DNA from: Sulfolobales archaeon HS-7
GTDB lineage: Archaea; Thermoproteota; Thermoprotei_A; Sulfolobales; Sulfolobaceae
Reading direction: 5' to 3'
DNA: 64,000 nt
Assembly: GCA_019704295.1 (NCBI GenBank)
Contig: AP024596.1
Coordinates: forward strand, 832,001 to 896,000
Below are positions 31,825-44,252 of this stretch, piece by piece. A model generated the notes under the pieces. The model was not told the origin of the DNA, made no database searches, and worked only from the letters and a program-made list of their open reading frames with translations. The stretch's first letter is position 1. Each line of letters begins with the position of its first letter. A program made the position numbers and the translations under genes.

Positions 31825-33363
31825 TCATTCACTCATTCTTACTCTTACTTTGAGTCCTGTCTTTTTCTCTAATTTGTGAATTTGGGTTGCAACCCGTTTA
31901 TTGTATTTAGAAATCTGATCCCTCGGAATCTCTACAATAACTTCCCCATTTTCATTAAGTACTTTTGCATCTGGTAAATACTTTAATACTATTTTTGATA
32001 CCCTGTTTTCTGTCGGCTTAGTTCTAAGTCCCTTTACTGGAATTATCATTGTCTGTTCACCAAAGACGTAAACCTCGTATTCTACTTCATCACTCACAAA
32101 ATCCTTAATTTCTACAACTGGACGAGCAAGGTCGTTATCGTGTAGTCCAGTAGGAACTTTTACATTCATCTCCATTGTATATATTTTGCTTATCTGACCA
32201 TCCTTTATGAATATAATAGTGTCTAATATATTTGGAATAGTTCCGATATCTATTCTGTTAATGAAACGATGAATTGCGTCTATAGGTGTTGTAGCGTGAA
32301 CTACCCCTATCATACCAATTCCCGCTAGTCTTAAGTCGATAAACAACTTGAAATCTTCGTCATTACGCATCTCGTCAAAAACAGTGTAATCCGGTCTACT
32401 TAGTAATAAAATATCATGGAGCTCACCTATTTCTGCATAATTCTTCGAGTATTGAGTTATTTCGTCAGGTAAGTGCATATCACGTGGAGATTCTATAGTC
32501 TTAACGATCTTACCCAAAGAGGAGTAATATATTGCTAGCGCCTGTGCGAAAGTCGTTTTCCCCATTCCAGGAGAGCCAGCAATTACTATTCCTTCAGCCC
32601 TACTAGATAACCTGTTCATAACCTTTTTATCAATATTATACTCTTCCAGGGTTTTTTTAGTAACTGGTTTTACTGCAGTTATTTCCCATCCGTCACTAAG
32701 AGGAGTGCGAGTAATAATTATTCTGAACTCCTCCATCTGGACTATCAATGAACCTTTCCTTTCTACCTCAATAAATGACGAACCTCTATTTAACGCTTCT
32801 CTCATTATCTCGGTAACATATTTCTTAATGGTCTTTTCATCAATTCTCTCGTTTGAAATCTCGTAAAACTCCCAATTTCCAGGGGTTCCCCTTTTAGCTT
32901 TTGGTGTAGTTCCAGCCTTTAAGTGAACGCTCATAGTATCGTTGGTGAAAAACTTCTCTATTGAGATGTGGGTTTGCTCCCTCCTTAGGAATACTGTCCT
33001 TATACCTAATATTTCTGCTATTGATTTTTGTGTTTCGTCTGCCGTGATAAGAGTTGCTGAGTTTAGTGCACAATATTTTCTCAATATTGTATTAAGAGTG
33101 TGGCCATTTTTAGATTCCACAATCTCTACCGGGATCAGGAACGTTTCGCTCAATTCCTTGATTCTGTTTATCTCCTCTGAAGCAATTTCGCCCGAAACTC
33201 TTCCCCGCTTCTTTAACCTTTCAATATAAGAGATAAGACTTTCGTGTAGTAGTATTACTCCGTTAATAGTCCCATCTTCTATCTTATCCGCTACCCCTGC
33301 TAATAGAGCTGAGAAGTCTAGTAAATATTTACTTCCTGCAGAACTCAATCGACTTATCCCCAA
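31825..33363 (-). CDS. PIN-domain ATPase PINA (PIN + P-loop + KH)
   Basis: N-terminal PIN, DTMSVHLK, GSPGMGKTT, RPDYTVFDEMR and YEVYVFGEQT. Confidence 0.9.
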   Translation of the reverse strand: MGISRLSSAGSKYLLDFSALLAGVADKIEDGTINGVILLHESLISYIERLKKRGRVSGEIASEEINRIKELSETFLIPVEIVESKNGHTLNTILRKYCALNSATLITADETQKSIAEILGIRTVFLRREQTHISIEKFFTNDTMSVHLKAGTTPKAKRGTPGNWEFYEISNERIDEKTIKKYVTEIMREALNRGSSFIEVERKGSLIVQMEEFRIIITRTPLSDGWEITAVKPVTKKTLEEYNIDKKVMNRLSSRAEGIVIAGSPGMGKTTFAQALAIYYSSLGKIVKTIESPRDMHLPDEITQYSKNYAEIGELHDILLLSRPDYTVFDEMRNDEDFKLFIDLRLAGIGMIGVVHATTPIDAIHRFINRIDIGTIPNILDTIIFIKDGQISKIYTMEMNVKVPTGLHDNDLARPVVEIKDFVSDEVEYEVYVFGEQTMIIPVKGLRTKPTENRVSKIVLKYLPDAKVLNENGEVIVEIPRDQISKYNKRVATQIHKLEKKTGLKVRVRMSE

Positions 33364-33395
33364 TTCGTTGTTAGATATGTAGAGTAAACACGTTA

Positions 33396-33992
33396 TTATT
33401 TTTTAGCTAGTCGAATTAACAATCTATGAACAACATCATTATCCGAAAGTTCTGGGTGAAAGGTTGTTGCTATCATATTTCTTTCCATTGCAGCAACTAC
33501 GACATTATCAAGTTTAGCTATAACGTTCGTGTCACCCCAAATCTTTACAATCGCAGGTGCTCTTATGAAAACTGTTTTTAATTCCCCATAATTTTCTAAC
33601 TTTATGATACTTTGAAAACTCTCCCTTTGTCTGCCGTAATAATTTCTAATCACTGCGATATCCATAGTTCCTAAAGTTCCGAATTGCTTTTCCTTAACCT
33701 TATTATCTATCGATTCTTTCGAGAGTAAAATCGCGCCTGCACAAGTCCCAAGAACTGGTATTCCCTCTTCAATTTTTTCCTTTACACGATTTGCAATACT
33801 CATCGCATTCATCATACGCCAAATTGTTGTGCTCTCCCCTCCAGGTATAATTAAGGCGTCAACATGTTCCAGTTGGTCCTTACTCTTCACATATATTACA
33901 TCACCGTTCACCCCCTCACTAGTCATAGCTTTCTTCATCATGAAGAAATGTTCCTGAAAACTCCCCTGATAACTTATAATACCTATCTTCAT
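33396..33992 (-). CDS. pdxT: Pyridoxal 5'-phosphate synthase glutaminase subunit
   Basis: PGGESTT, GTCAG, RNYYGRQ, FIRAP and FHPEL. Confidence 0.96.
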   Translation of the reverse strand: MKIGIISYQGSFQEHFFMMKKAMTSEGVNGDVIYVKSKDQLEHVDALIIPGGESTTIWRMMNAMSIANRVKEKIEEGIPVLGTCAGAILLSKESIDNKVKEKQFGTLGTMDIAVIRNYYGRQRESFQSIIKLENYGELKTVFIRAPAIVKIWGDTNVIAKLDNVVVAAMERNMIATTFHPELSDNDVVHRLLIRLAKK

Positions 33993-34999
33993 ACTCCCCT
34001 CACCTGCATTAGCTCCTCTGGCTTCAGAGTCCTTATATCAATTCCTGTCATACTTCCATACTCCGAGATCATCTTTTGAGCTTCTAACACTATTTCTGGT
34101 TTGTCCCAATTTGAAGTTGCCAAAACTATTGCACTTCCTCTTTCTGCAGGATCTTGACTTTTAAATATTCCAGAACCTACGAAAATCCCATCAGATCCTA
34201 ACCACATCATTAAAGCCGCATCTGCTGGTGTAGCTATACCTCCCGCAGCAAAATTTACTATAGGTAATCTCCCTAGGCTTTGAGTCAGCTGAAGGATTTC
34301 AAAAGGTACCTGAATTTCCCTACTCTTAGTAATTAACTCACCTTCATTAAGAGACGCAATTTCCTCTAATTCTTTATTCATAATCCTCATATGTTTAACA
34401 GCTTCGCTCACATTCCCTGTTCCTGGTTCTCCCTTAGTTCTAAGCATGGAAGCACCCTCTGATATTCGCCTTAACGATTCGCCCAAATTTCTTGTACCGT
34501 TTACGAATGGGACCTTGAATCTCCATTTGTCTATGTGATGAGTCTCGTCTGCTGGAGTTAACACCTCACTCTCGTCTATCATATCAACTCCTAGCGTCTC
34601 TAAGATCCTTGCCTCCATTTCATGACCTATTCTCACTTTAGCCATAACTGGAATTGTTATGCTATTCATCACCTCTTCTATAATTTTTGGATCGGCCATT
34701 CTTGCCACCCCTCCCATTTTCCTTACGTCATATGGCAATTTGTCTAATACCATTACAGATATAGCTCCTGCGTCCTCTGCTATACTAGCTTGCTCGACGT
34801 TAGTTACGTCCATGACAACTCCCCCTTTTTGGAAAATCGGAAATGCATGCTTTACTATATTACTACCACTTATCCTTTCATAAACGGTATAAAGATCTGC
34901 ACCTTTACGTTTATTTTCATATTTAAGGCTATCTCTGAGTTCTACTAGTTTGTAAAAGAAATTCTCTAACTCGAAAAAACTTATAGAGTAACCCTTCAT
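33989..34999 (-). CDS. pdxS: Pyridoxal 5'-phosphate synthase lyase subunit
   Basis: [16 protein letters not shown] and [13 protein letters not shown]. Confidence 0.97.
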   Translation of the reverse strand: MKGYSISFFELENFFYKLVELRDSLKYENKRKGADLYTVYERISGSNIVKHAFPIFQKGGVVMDVTNVEQASIAEDAGAISVMVLDKLPYDVRKMGGVARMADPKIIEEVMNSITIPVMAKVRIGHEMEARILETLGVDMIDESEVLTPADETHHIDKWRFKVPFVNGTRNLGESLRRISEGASMLRTKGEPGTGNVSEAVKHMRIMNKELEEIASLNEGELITKSREIQVPFEILQLTQSLGRLPIVNFAAGGIATPADAALMMWLGSDGIFVGSGIFKSQDPAERGSAIVLATSNWDKPEIVLEAQKMISEYGSMTGIDIRTLKPEELMQVRGV

Positions 35000-35066
35000 T
35001 ACAATCAGATACTATATTGTAGTATAAAGATAAAAACGTTTTTTAAACCACTCTGCTTAAAACTTT

Positions 35067-35354
35067 TTACCTTAATACAGTCTTTTCTTTTCTTTCCTGT
35101 TCTGCCCTTACTTTTATTATTCCGAAATGAATGGCACAGTTAATGCAGTAGCATTTGGTCATAGGATATCTCGTTATTATTGCGCCTTTCTTCTCCAGTT
35201 CTTGAGCGAGAGCCGAATCAACTGGACTGTACATCCTTGTTACACATACTGCTTTATCCTCAGGTACTCTTTTACCGCAGTTATCACACGACACAACACT
35301 TACATGTCCTTTATCTCCCTTTCTTCTACCTCTGCTTTCCCTTTTCTTTGGCAA
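35067..35354 (-). CDS. rps26e: 30S ribosomal protein S26e
   Basis: PKKRESRGR, CDNCG...PEDKA and YCINCAIH. Confidence 0.96.
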   Translation of the reverse strand: MPKKRESRGRRKGDKGHVSVVSCDNCGKRVPEDKAVCVTRMYSPVDSALAQELEKKGAIITRYPMTKCYCINCAIHFGIIKVRAEQERKEKTVLR

Positions 35355-35386
35355 AGCAAAAACCTTGGTATATTATACCATGTTAC

Positions 35387-36850
35387 TTAATAAGTTTTAG
35401 CTATTCGAAGTATATTTGTGGCGGTTTTCCCGCAGACTACGCATGAACCATTCACCTCCCTTTTTTCAAATGGCACACCTTTTACTTGTCCGCCAGTAAT
35501 TTCTTCTAGTTTAAGTCCGCACTTATTGTCGTTGCACCAGTGAACCTCAACTATTCCTTTCCCTTCGTTAAGAGCTTTCTTTGCCTCCTCTAGATTTTCC
35601 GCTTTAAATATATGTTCTTTTAGAAACTTTTCTCCTCTCTCTTTTAGATATAGGCCTATTTCAGTTAAAGTCCTAGTCACTTCTACAACTAGTTCTTCGA
35701 ATTGTATGCTTTTACCCTCAAGTGTATCTCTTCTCTTTATATAGACCGTATTAGAGTTTAACTCTCTTGGACCTATTTCGACTCTAAGAGGAACTCCCTT
35801 CAATTCCCATTTGTAGAATTTCTCTCCAGGGGTAAGTTCTGTGTCCTCGTCGATTGTCGCGTCCACATCGTTTTTTCCTAATTCGTCTTTCACTCTTTTA
35901 CAATGTTCTATTATATTCAGCGTTTCCTTTTGGTTATTAACTGATGGAATAGGAATTATAACTACCTTAATTGGGGCTATTAACGGATGTAATATAGGTC
36001 CGTGATCATCTCCATGAATAGATATGAGTGCACTAATAACTCTATCGGATAATCCATAACTTGTCTGATGTGGATAGACGAGCGAACCATCTTCAGCCTG
36101 TATTTTTACATCAAGAGCTTTAGTGAACTTCTGCCCAAGGTGATGTACAGTTCCAATTTGTAGAGTCTTTAAATCCGGCATAAGCGTTTCGAAGGCAATA
36201 GTATATTCCGCGCCAGGAAATTTGTCCCAATCAGGTCTTCTAGAAATAATATATGGTATTCCTAACATATCAAAAATTTTTCTATATATTTCCACGGCTT
36301 CCATCACTTGTCTCTCCGCATCGTCATATGTAAGGTGGATAGTATGAGCCTCCTTGAACGTAGTTACCTCCCTAAGTCTTATTAAAGGCCTAGTTGCCTT
36401 TGTCTCATACCTAAATATGCTAACTATCTGGTAATATTTCTTGGGTAATTGTTTGTAACTCTTTAACCAAAGCGATTCCATGTAGCTTATGGCGACTTCG
36501 CTTGTAGGTCTTAATGCCATTCTAGTGTCTGTTTCGCTTTCTCCTCCTTTAGTTACCCACAAAACTTCATTCTCAAACCCCTTTATATGTTCTGTCTCTT
36601 TTTTAATCAATTCTTCAGGAATTAATAGGGGAAATAGGACTTCTTCATGACCTGTCTGGTTCAGTTCCCTCCTAACCAACTCGAGCAATTTCTCTCGTAT
36701 CTTAAATCCATAAGGTCTCCAAATACCTACCCCTTTTACAGGATATCTCCCGTAATCATATATTTCCGCTTCGCTTAGTACCCAATCATACCATTCGCTA
36801 AAGTTGGAAGACCATCTTTCCCTCTTTACTTTCATTTGATCCGAAATCAA
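35387..36850 (-). CDS. proS: Proline--tRNA ligase
   Basis: [28 protein letters not shown] and C-terminal AKTY. Confidence 0.97.
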   Translation of the reverse strand: MISDQMKVKRERWSSNFSEWYDWVLSEAEIYDYGRYPVKGVGIWRPYGFKIREKLLELVRRELNQTGHEEVLFPLLIPEELIKKETEHIKGFENEVLWVTKGGESETDTRMALRPTSEVAISYMESLWLKSYKQLPKKYYQIVSIFRYETKATRPLIRLREVTTFKEAHTIHLTYDDAERQVMEAVEIYRKIFDMLGIPYIISRRPDWDKFPGAEYTIAFETLMPDLKTLQIGTVHHLGQKFTKALDVKIQAEDGSLVYPHQTSYGLSDRVISALISIHGDDHGPILHPLIAPIKVVIIPIPSVNNQKETLNIIEHCKRVKDELGKNDVDATIDEDTELTPGEKFYKWELKGVPLRVEIGPRELNSNTVYIKRRDTLEGKSIQFEELVVEVTRTLTEIGLYLKERGEKFLKEHIFKAENLEEAKKALNEGKGIVEVHWCNDNKCGLKLEEITGGQVKGVPFEKREVNGSCVVCGKTATNILRIAKTY

Positions 36851-36875
36851 AAACTATCGTTTAAAAAAAGTTTTG

Positions 36876-37196
36876 TCAATATCCAGCAAATAACATTAAT
36901 ACCGCGAACAAGATTCCGTATACTGCAATACCTTCTGCTATTGCTACGAATATTAATATAGTTCCAAACATATCCCTTCTTTCCGTTAACACTCCAATTC
37001 CTGCTGCGGCGGCCATCCCTACGCCAACTCCTGCCCCAATCGCAGCAAGCCCTACCGCTAATCCAGCTCCGATGTTGAGTCCACTAAATCCAGGAGTTGT
37101 GGGGGAAACTACACTAGCACTAGTTATAGTTCCAAGTAACGAAACTAAAAACAAAGCAATTATCATCCATTTATTGAAATGTCTTCTCCACTTCAT
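36876..37196 (-). CDS. atpK: A-type ATP synthase subunit K (c, proteolipid) with N-terminal extension
   Basis: [14 protein letters not shown] and [12 protein letters not shown] with the essential Glu. Confidence 0.93.
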   Translation of the reverse strand: MKWRRHFNKWMIIALFLVSLLGTITSASVVSPTTPGFSGLNIGAGLAVGLAAIGAGVGVGMAAAAGIGVLTERRDMFGTILIFVAIAEGIAVYGILFAVLMLFAGY

Positions 37197-37218
37197 ATTT
37201 ACCCCTCATTACTCAAAT

Positions 37219-37371
37219 CTATTTCTTTAAAATCTTTTTCTTCGCTTCACTTAACTCGTCTATATCTTTTCTCAATCTTTTCTCATATTCTTGTTCTATT
37301 TCGGAGACAGCCATTTTTTTCACATCATCAAGTGCGCTAGTTAACATTTTAAAATACTGTTCGTTATTCAT
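37219..37371 (-). CDS. A-type ATP synthase small subunit (G/H), 50 aa
   Basis: Below the ORF-track cutoff; [50 protein letters not shown] is helical and fills the atpD-atpK gap, overlapping the atpD stop. Confidence 0.8.
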   Translation of the reverse strand: MNNEQYFKMLTSALDDVKKMAVSEIEQEYEKRLRKDIDELSEAKKKILKK

Positions 37372-37999
37372 TTCTCTTCCGCTCAAGTATTCTTCTCACA
37401 ACTTTAAGTCTTACGAACTCCTCCCTTTGCCTATCCTCTAAAACAAGTCTAATGTACTTTAAAGAAGTGTTATAGCTTGGAAGTATCGAATAGTCAATAG
37501 CATTAATTAATCGTTGAGTTTTACGTAATTCAGCTACAAGCAATCTTATTGTAGACTCTAATTCTGCTAAGCGAATAAGATTCGGAAGAATTTCTCCTAA
37601 TCTTTCACATGATTCTGATAGCTTTGGGGATGTTTCGATCCCCCCAAAATATCTTTGAGGAATTGAACCTGAAACCGGATTCATTGATGTGATCTTTACC
37701 CCAAATATGATCCTAGTTGACGTGTTTATTTCTAATGAGTGAGGAACTGAGTTTGATATCATATCTATGTTGCTCGAACCTTCGTCAACAACAGCGTCTA
37801 AGTAGTTTCCGTAAATCTCCTTCATTTTTACATTTAACTCGTTAAAGTAACGCTCGTATTCTAATGCGAAATTTCTTAAGTAAAGTAAAAGTACTTCCCT
37901 TTTATTTTCGAGGAGTCGTTTCGTTGCAGTAACTAATTTAATATTTCTTCTCAAATTAATTAAATTAATCTTTGTGGGTAAAATTCTTCGTGAACTCAC
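37364..37999 (-). CDS. atpD: A-type ATP synthase subunit D
   Basis: [24 protein letters not shown] and EREEF-like QREEFVRLK. Confidence 0.95.
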   Translation of the reverse strand: MSSRRILPTKINLINLRRNIKLVTATKRLLENKREVLLLYLRNFALEYERYFNELNVKMKEIYGNYLDAVVDEGSSNIDMISNSVPHSLEINTSTRIIFGVKITSMNPVSGSIPQRYFGGIETSPKLSESCERLGEILPNLIRLAELESTIRLLVAELRKTQRLINAIDYSILPSYNTSLKYIRLVLEDRQREEFVRLKVVRRILERKRNE

Positions 38000-39393
38000 T
38001 TCTTTTCCCTATATAACGGGTGATATTTTTTAATGTAAGTTAGCTTGATGTTGGTCAACTCGCTTTCTGGAAGTTCTGAAAGGACTTCCCACCCTATGTC
38101 TAAGGTTTTCTCTATAGGTCTGTTTTCGGTTACCCCCTGTGTAATAAATTTTCTCTCAAACAGTTCACCAAATAGCAGATATTTTCTATCTACTTCAGAG
38201 AGACTGTCCTCACCAACAATAGCCGCAAGTCCGCGAAGATCTATTGCTCTAGCGTAAGATGCAAATAGTTGATTTGAAACGTCTTTATGGTCATCTCTAG
38301 TTTTACCTTCCCCGATTCCATCTTTTGCGAGTCGAGATAAGCTCATCAAGACGTTAATCGGGGGATAGATACCCCTGTTGTAAAGTCCTCTGTCTAACAC
38401 TATTTGTCCCTCTGTTATGTATCCAGTTAAATCTGGAATAGGATGGGTCATATCATCGTTTGGCATTGTAAGGATTGGCATCTGTGTTATGGACCCTTTT
38501 TTACCTTTGACTATTCCAGCTCTTTCGTATGTTTGAGCTAGATCTGTGTACATATAGCCAGGATATCCTTGTCTTCCAGGTATTTCCTCCTTTGATGCGC
38601 TTATTTCTCTTAAAGCCTCACAATAATTCGTCATATCGATAAGTATTGCTAATACGTGAAAATCTTTCTCGTAAGCCAAATATTCCGCAAGTGTAAGTGC
38701 TGTCTTAGGCGTCAAAATTTTCTTAACCGGCGGTTCGTTAGCGAATGTTAGGAAGAACGCAACTCTATTAATCGCTCCTGTCTCTTCAAAAAATTTCCTA
38801 AAGAATAGTGCCTCATCATATCTTACTCCTATAGCTCCAAAGACCACTGCAAAGTTCGTTTCTTCCCCTCTTACTGTCGCTTGTCTAGCAATTTGAGCAG
38901 CCAACTGATTGACCGGCAATCCGCTACCACTAAATATAGGTAGTTTTTGTCCTCTAAGGAGAGAATTTAAGCCATCTATGGCAGAGATGCCCGTTTGTAT
39001 AAATTCCTCAGGATATTGCCTAGCGGCAGGATTTAGGGGCTCTCCATTAATGTTTCGCCTCTCACCGTATATTATTTCAGGACCTCCATCTAATGGAGTT
39101 CCTAGGGGATCGAAGATTCTACCAAGCATGTCTTCTGAAACTTTAACTTCCAAACCTCTACCCAAAAATCTAGCTTTGACTCCAGAAGGGGATATTCCAC
39201 TGGTTCCTTCAAAGACTTGTACGATAGCACTTCCCATACCTGCGTCTATCACAAGTCCGGTTCGCCTTTCGCCATTTGGCAATTCGATTTCGACTAATTC
39301 GTTATATTGTGCATCACTTATTCCTTGGACCACCATTAACGGCCCTTTTATTGAACCAATGTTGGAATATTCCCTTACACCGATTATTGACAT
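37996..39393 (-). CDS. atpB: A-type ATP synthase subunit B
   Basis: [13 protein letters not shown] and [15 protein letters not shown]; GGAGGT SD before ATG 39393. Confidence 0.97.
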   Translation of the reverse strand: MSIIGVREYSNIGSIKGPLMVVQGISDAQYNELVEIELPNGERRTGLVIDAGMGSAIVQVFEGTSGISPSGVKARFLGRGLEVKVSEDMLGRIFDPLGTPLDGGPEIIYGERRNINGEPLNPAARQYPEEFIQTGISAIDGLNSLLRGQKLPIFSGSGLPVNQLAAQIARQATVRGEETNFAVVFGAIGVRYDEALFFRKFFEETGAINRVAFFLTFANEPPVKKILTPKTALTLAEYLAYEKDFHVLAILIDMTNYCEALREISASKEEIPGRQGYPGYMYTDLAQTYERAGIVKGKKGSITQMPILTMPNDDMTHPIPDLTGYITEGQIVLDRGLYNRGIYPPINVLMSLSRLAKDGIGEGKTRDDHKDVSNQLFASYARAIDLRGLAAIVGEDSLSEVDRKYLLFGELFERKFITQGVTENRPIEKTLDIGWEVLSELPESELTNIKLTYIKKYHPLYREKK

Positions 39394-39397
39394 CTTA

Positions 39398-41167
39398 TTA
39401 TACCTCCTTAGAAAGCTCCTCAAACTGTTTTAATAAGATCTTTTCTAGTTCATCATACTTTTCTAGTTCATCATTTTTAATCGTTGCTTTTGAACGTATG
39501 ATATCAGTTACTATGGTTATTTTTTCATTCATTCGTTTTACACTAATTCCTTTTTCGACAAGCTCCTGGGATTTTTGTCCGTACAGCGAAATCAGCTTCA
39601 TTATTCTCACCTGTTTTTGCGGAGTGCTAAAAGCGTCTATATCGTCATATGCGTTTTGCTTTAAGAAGGCTTCCTTTATTAGTCGAGCTACGTCTAACAC
39701 TAATTTGTCCTTCTCCGCCAGCGACTCCGGTCCTACCAATCTTACTATTTGTCTCAACTCGTCTTCTCTCTGTAAAGTCTTTACCATATATTCTCGGTAC
39801 TCTTTCCATTTAGGATCAGCGTTCTTCGACCACCAATCAGCTACCAGTTCTACATATGCTGAGTAACCCTGCAACCAGTTTATCGCTGGGTAATGCCTTG
39901 CTTGAGCTAATGAGGAATCGAGAGGCCAGAACACTCTAACGAATCGTAACGTAGTACTTGTAACGGGTTCTGTGAAGTCCCCTCCAGGAGGTGACACCGC
40001 TGAAGCTACTGTTACAGAACCATATCTTGGCGGTTTTCCTAAAGTCCTCACTCTACCTGCCCTCTCATAATATTCTGCTAACCTAGACGCCAAATAACTC
40101 GGGTAACCCTCTTCCGCTGGCATCTCTTCCATTCTACCCCCTAAGTCTCTAAGTGCCTCTGCCCATCTAGATGTGGAATCCGCTACCAGGAGTGTATCAT
40201 AGCCTTGATCCCTGAAATACTCGGCCATCGTTATTCCCACGTAAATACTTGCTTCTCTAGCTGCAACTGGCATATTGCTTGTGTTAGCGATGAGTATCGT
40301 TCTCTCTAATAGAGGTTTTCCTGTCCATGGATCCTTTAACTTAGGAAAAGAGGTTAACGTATCTGTCATCTCATTACCTCTCTCACCACACCCTATGTAT
40401 ATAACAATCTTAGCCTCACTCCATTTCGACAAACTTTGAAGGGTTACCGTCTTTCCACTTCCGAATGGGCCTGGTATCGCTGCCGTTCCTCCCTTTGCCA
40501 TAGGGAAAATAGTATCAGTAACTCTTACACCTGTAAGGAGCGGTTCTGTGGGTTCTAATTTCTCTGAATACGGCCTAGGAATCCTAACTGGCCATTTCTG
40601 CATAAGGTAGAGTTCTTTTCTATCTCCATTCATGTCTATGGTAGCTATCGGCTCGTCAACAGTATAATTACCCTCCTCTACAGTATCTATGATCTTACCT
40701 TTAACACTTGGAGGAACAAGTATTTTATGTTCGATTAACTCGGTTTCTTGAACTGTCCCAAGGATATCGTTATCCTCTATTGTATCCCCCTTTTTTACAA
40801 TCGGCTTGTAATACCATTTCTTATGTCTATCCAGGGAATTGACTTTAACTCCCCTCTTTATGAAAGGGGACTTCGATAGTTCTAGAATTCCGTCTAAAGG
40901 TCTTTCGAGTCCGTCAAATATTCTACCCAAAAGACCAGGTCCTAATTCAATTGAGAGAGGAGAACCTGTTCTATAAACCATCTCTCCAGGCTTAATACCA
41001 GATGTATCTTCGTATACTTGTATATACGCCCGATCTTTTTCTATTCTAGTTATCTCGCCTATCAGCCTATACTCTCCGACCTCAACAACTTCATACATAA
41101 GTGCATTCTGCATCCCCTCAGCAACTACAAGGGGACCGTTAACTCTTACTATTTTACCTTCGTTCAT
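39398..41167 (-). CDS. atpA: A-type ATP synthase subunit A
   Basis: [14 protein letters not shown] and [11 protein letters not shown]; no intein. Confidence 0.97.
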   Translation of the reverse strand: MNEGKIVRVNGPLVVAEGMQNALMYEVVEVGEYRLIGEITRIEKDRAYIQVYEDTSGIKPGEMVYRTGSPLSIELGPGLLGRIFDGLERPLDGILELSKSPFIKRGVKVNSLDRHKKWYYKPIVKKGDTIEDNDILGTVQETELIEHKILVPPSVKGKIIDTVEEGNYTVDEPIATIDMNGDRKELYLMQKWPVRIPRPYSEKLEPTEPLLTGVRVTDTIFPMAKGGTAAIPGPFGSGKTVTLQSLSKWSEAKIVIYIGCGERGNEMTDTLTSFPKLKDPWTGKPLLERTILIANTSNMPVAAREASIYVGITMAEYFRDQGYDTLLVADSTSRWAEALRDLGGRMEEMPAEEGYPSYLASRLAEYYERAGRVRTLGKPPRYGSVTVASAVSPPGGDFTEPVTSTTLRFVRVFWPLDSSLAQARHYPAINWLQGYSAYVELVADWWSKNADPKWKEYREYMVKTLQREDELRQIVRLVGPESLAEKDKLVLDVARLIKEAFLKQNAYDDIDAFSTPQKQVRIMKLISLYGQKSQELVEKGISVKRMNEKITIVTDIIRSKATIKNDELEKYDELEKILLKQFEELSKEV

Positions 41168-41174
41168 GTCTCTT

Positions 41175-41738
41175 TCACCCAAATAATTTCGATGCTATCT
41201 TATCAATGTAACTATCAAAAACCTGTTCCAAAATTAAGTTTAAAGTATAATCTCTACGTAAGCCCTTATCCGGATGGTATATTATAACCCCACCGATAAT
41301 AGCATTATCTATCTCAGTCTTAGAATTTATCTTATTCTTCTTTAATATCTCCTTTACAATTTTCTCGTCTTTTTCCGCCACATAAATAACGGAGTTTGAG
41401 TCAACACTATTTACTATTATCTTCTCGAGTGTTTCATTGTATTTCTCTCTATTCATTTTATTATATATTTCTCCTTTTAGTTCTTCCTTAAGTCTATTAA
41501 GCCAGTATTCCTTTTCGTTATTAATCGAAATCTTCAGCTCTATATCTGCTCTAGCCTTCTCACCTCCAACTCTCTCCTCACTTTTTGTAATGATCTCTTC
41601 TATTTTACTCCTCCCTACAGAGAAATACTGCGAATACTGTTTATCAATTAATTTTACCGCCTCATTTTTCGCATCAGATAGCTGTTTCATAATTTCTTGC
41701 TCTATCTTGCTAGAAACCTTTTCTATTACTTTTTCCAT
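41175..41738 (-). CDS. atpE: A-type ATP synthase subunit E
   Basis: Coiled-coil N-terminus, IIGGVII...DYTL; operon position. Confidence 0.9.
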   Translation of the reverse strand: MEKVIEKVSSKIEQEIMKQLSDAKNEAVKLIDKQYSQYFSVGRSKIEEIITKSEERVGGEKARADIELKISINNEKEYWLNRLKEELKGEIYNKMNREKYNETLEKIIVNSVDSNSVIYVAEKDEKIVKEILKKNKINSKTEIDNAIIGGVIIYHPDKGLRRDYTLNLILEQVFDSYIDKIASKLFG

Positions 41739-41747
41739 GTTAATTTC

Positions 41748-42050
41748 TCACCCAAAGCCAAGTGCTTTATTAATTAATTTCTTACTGTCAATCGGCTTAG
41801 CTTCTGAAAAAGGACTTGGAATGACCGAAATCATAGGTCTTACTGTATTAAGCATAAGTTCATCTATTGTAGTCGAAATAGCCTCATAAATATCCTTTGT
41901 TATAAAAACTAGAACTACATCTTCTCTTCTTCTTACTTCGTTAATAGTCGCTATAGCCTGTCTAAAGTCTTGGATTTCTTTGCCCTCCGCTCCTATTAGT
42001 TTAAAGAGAGCAACAGTGTACTTATCACCTATAACAAACAGTTTTCCCAA
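41748..42050 (-). CDS. atpF: A-type ATP synthase subunit F
   Basis: VIGDKYTVALFKLIG and KALGFG. Confidence 0.92.
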   Translation of the reverse strand: MGKLFVIGDKYTVALFKLIGAEGKEIQDFRQAIATINEVRRREDVVLVFITKDIYEAISTTIDELMLNTVRPMISVIPSPFSEAKPIDSKKLINKALGFG

Positions 42051-42124
42051 AATTCCTCGTTTCTAGTTCATTAACTATGCTTAAAACTTTTTAGGATTGC
42101 GTTTGATTTGGATCTTGATAGTTT

Positions 42125-44245
42125 GTGATATTTCCTGAAGAGATGGTAAGGGTTCAGATAATTGCGTCAAGGGAAGACATTGATGCAGCAACAAAGGCCG
42201 TATTATCTTTTTCGCAATTCCAACCAGAAGAACCAAAATATCCTATATCTATAACGAAATTGGAGTATGCTAGATTGAAACTACCGAATATTATCGAGCA
42301 TATTTCAAAAATAGAAATGATAATGGATCTAGGCGGGTTAGTTAGAAGCACTTATGGAAGGATGGACGTCACTAACTGGTTAAACACGACTAGCGAAGTT
42401 GAGGGAAATGCATCAAAAATAGAGGAGAAATATTCAAATATACTACAAGAAGTTGGTAAGATAGAGGCTGAATTAGAATCCACGATAACTTACATCAAAG
42501 AGTTAGAACCCATAAAAGATATTACGGTGCCGCTTGAAGCTTTATATAACTCAAGGCTTTTCGATATATTAATTGGAAAGATTGACAAGGAGAAATTCGA
42601 AACGATAAACCAGAATGATGATTTGGCCATTTACTACGTCGAAGGAGGTAAAGAGCTTTATGTCATGATTATAGGGGAAAGTAATTCTGTTCAGATCAAA
42701 AAAATTATTGAATCTGGAGTAGTGAAAAAGATCGACGTTCCCGAGGAACTGCCAAGAGTTCCGTCTGAGGCATATAACTTCCTGTTGAAAAGAAAAAGCG
42801 AGCTCGAATCGGCTTTAAATAGTATTAAAGGGAGGGCATCAGCTGATATCAGGAAAGATAAAGAGCTATTATATGAACTTTATGGTAAGCTACTAACAGT
42901 GAGAGATGCGCTAACATTACTGTCTAAGGCTAGAGTTAGCGAATATTTTGTTCAAATTGAGGGGTACATACCAAAAAAATTTGAAAAGAAGTTAAGGGAA
43001 GGTCTAAATAAAGTACTAAGTGGCGAATTTCAATTTAGTGTTGAGTGGCCGAAAAGGTATTCTGATGAAGAGCCGCCAAGTCTAGTTTCGCTTCCTAAAG
43101 GGTTGAAACCACTAGCGTCGCTGGTAGAGATGTACGGAAGTCCCTCATATTGGGAGTTTGCACCGACGGCTTTTCTTATTATAACTTTTCCTATATTTTT
43201 TGGCTTAATGTTCCCAGATTTTGGTAATGCGTTAGTACTATTCGTATTTGCGATATGGTTTTATAGGTACGGAAAGAGGAAAGGCAGCGAAAATATTGTA
43301 GATCTCTCATTAGTCTTAATATATGCGAGTATTGCTGCGATGGTAACGGGACTCATAGCCAGAGCCTTTTTCGGTCCTTTACCTGTAGGCGGTCTTAGAG
43401 AATTAGACGTAAGTAATTCCGTTGGTCCACTCTATAGTATATGGCCTCTTCCTGTAAGTGTGCCCCGAGCAATATATTTCTTATTACCCTTTGGAGAGTA
43501 TTCAAATCCACTGATAAGCGTGCCTGACGCTATAATTCTCTCTGTAGGAATAGGCACGATAGTACTTTTCTTGAGCTCGTTAATAGGGGTACTTAATGCA
43601 GCGAAGAAAAGGGATTTAGAATATCTAATATATGAAAAATTACCATATGTAATTATATACGCAGCGCCATTTATTTTATTTATGTATGGCTTCTCTAATA
43701 TTAGTACTTTCTTTACAAATATAGAACAACTTTTAGGAGGTATAGAATATGCTATAATACCGTCAGGGAGTCCACCTCCTACTGCAACACTAGCAAGAGT
43801 ACTAGTATGGCTAGTTATAGTAGGTCTGCTCTATAATTGGGGAGGAAAGGCAGCAATTACCAAAACTGTTGAAAAGCAGTCTACCTTAACGTCAATCATC
43901 TTCGGATTTATTGAAGGCGCATTTGAAGGTGCTTTACTTTTGCTCTCTAATACCATCTCGTTTATTAGAATCTTGGTATTCGCCATGTCACATTATTACA
44001 TTCTCTTTGCCTTCTCTTATATGGGTTATCTAGTAGCAGGTTCTCCCTCTTCCACTTTGAGCGTTTTAACAAATCCTCTTGCTATACTTGTAATAATAAT
44101 AGGTAACTTGCTCGCAATAGCTCTTGAAGGTCTGGTAGTTTTTATTCAAGACTTAAGGTTACACTTTTACGAGATGTTTGGGAAATTCTATGAGGGAAAA
44201 GGGAGGAAGTTCGAACCAGTCAGTACATACGTAGAGCTTATCTAA
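42125..44245 (+). CDS. atpI: A-type ATP synthase subunit I (a)
   Basis: FFGLMFPDFG, SNTISFIRI and LRLHFYEMFGKFYEGKG. Confidence 0.95.
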   Translation: MIFPEEMVRVQIIASREDIDAATKAVLSFSQFQPEEPKYPISITKLEYARLKLPNIIEHISKIEMIMDLGGLVRSTYGRMDVTNWLNTTSEVEGNASKIEEKYSNILQEVGKIEAELESTITYIKELEPIKDITVPLEALYNSRLFDILIGKIDKEKFETINQNDDLAIYYVEGGKELYVMIIGESNSVQIKKIIESGVVKKIDVPEELPRVPSEAYNFLLKRKSELESALNSIKGRASADIRKDKELLYELYGKLLTVRDALTLLSKARVSEYFVQIEGYIPKKFEKKLREGLNKVLSGEFQFSVEWPKRYSDEEPPSLVSLPKGLKPLASLVEMYGSPSYWEFAPTAFLIITFPIFFGLMFPDFGNALVLFVFAIWFYRYGKRKGSENIVDLSLVLIYASIAAMVTGLIARAFFGPLPVGGLRELDVSNSVGPLYSIWPLPVSVPRAIYFLLPFGEYSNPLISVPDAIILSVGIGTIVLFLSSLIGVLNAAKKRDLEYLIYEKLPYVIIYAAPFILFMYGFSNISTFFTNIEQLLGGIEYAIIPSGSPPPTATLARVLVWLVIVGLLYNWGGKAAITKTVEKQSTLTSIIFGFIEGAFEGALLLLSNTISFIRILVFAMSHYYILFAFSYMGYLVAGSPSSTLSVLTNPLAILVIIIGNLLAIALEGLVVFIQDLRLHFYEMFGKFYEGKGRKFEPVSTYVELI

Positions 44246-44252
44246 AGGGATT

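Noticed and set aside
31825-33363. PIN-domain protein as a toxin or defence system
   Set aside because: The PIN-ATPase-KH architecture is the conserved archaeal PINA protein in a housekeeping context.
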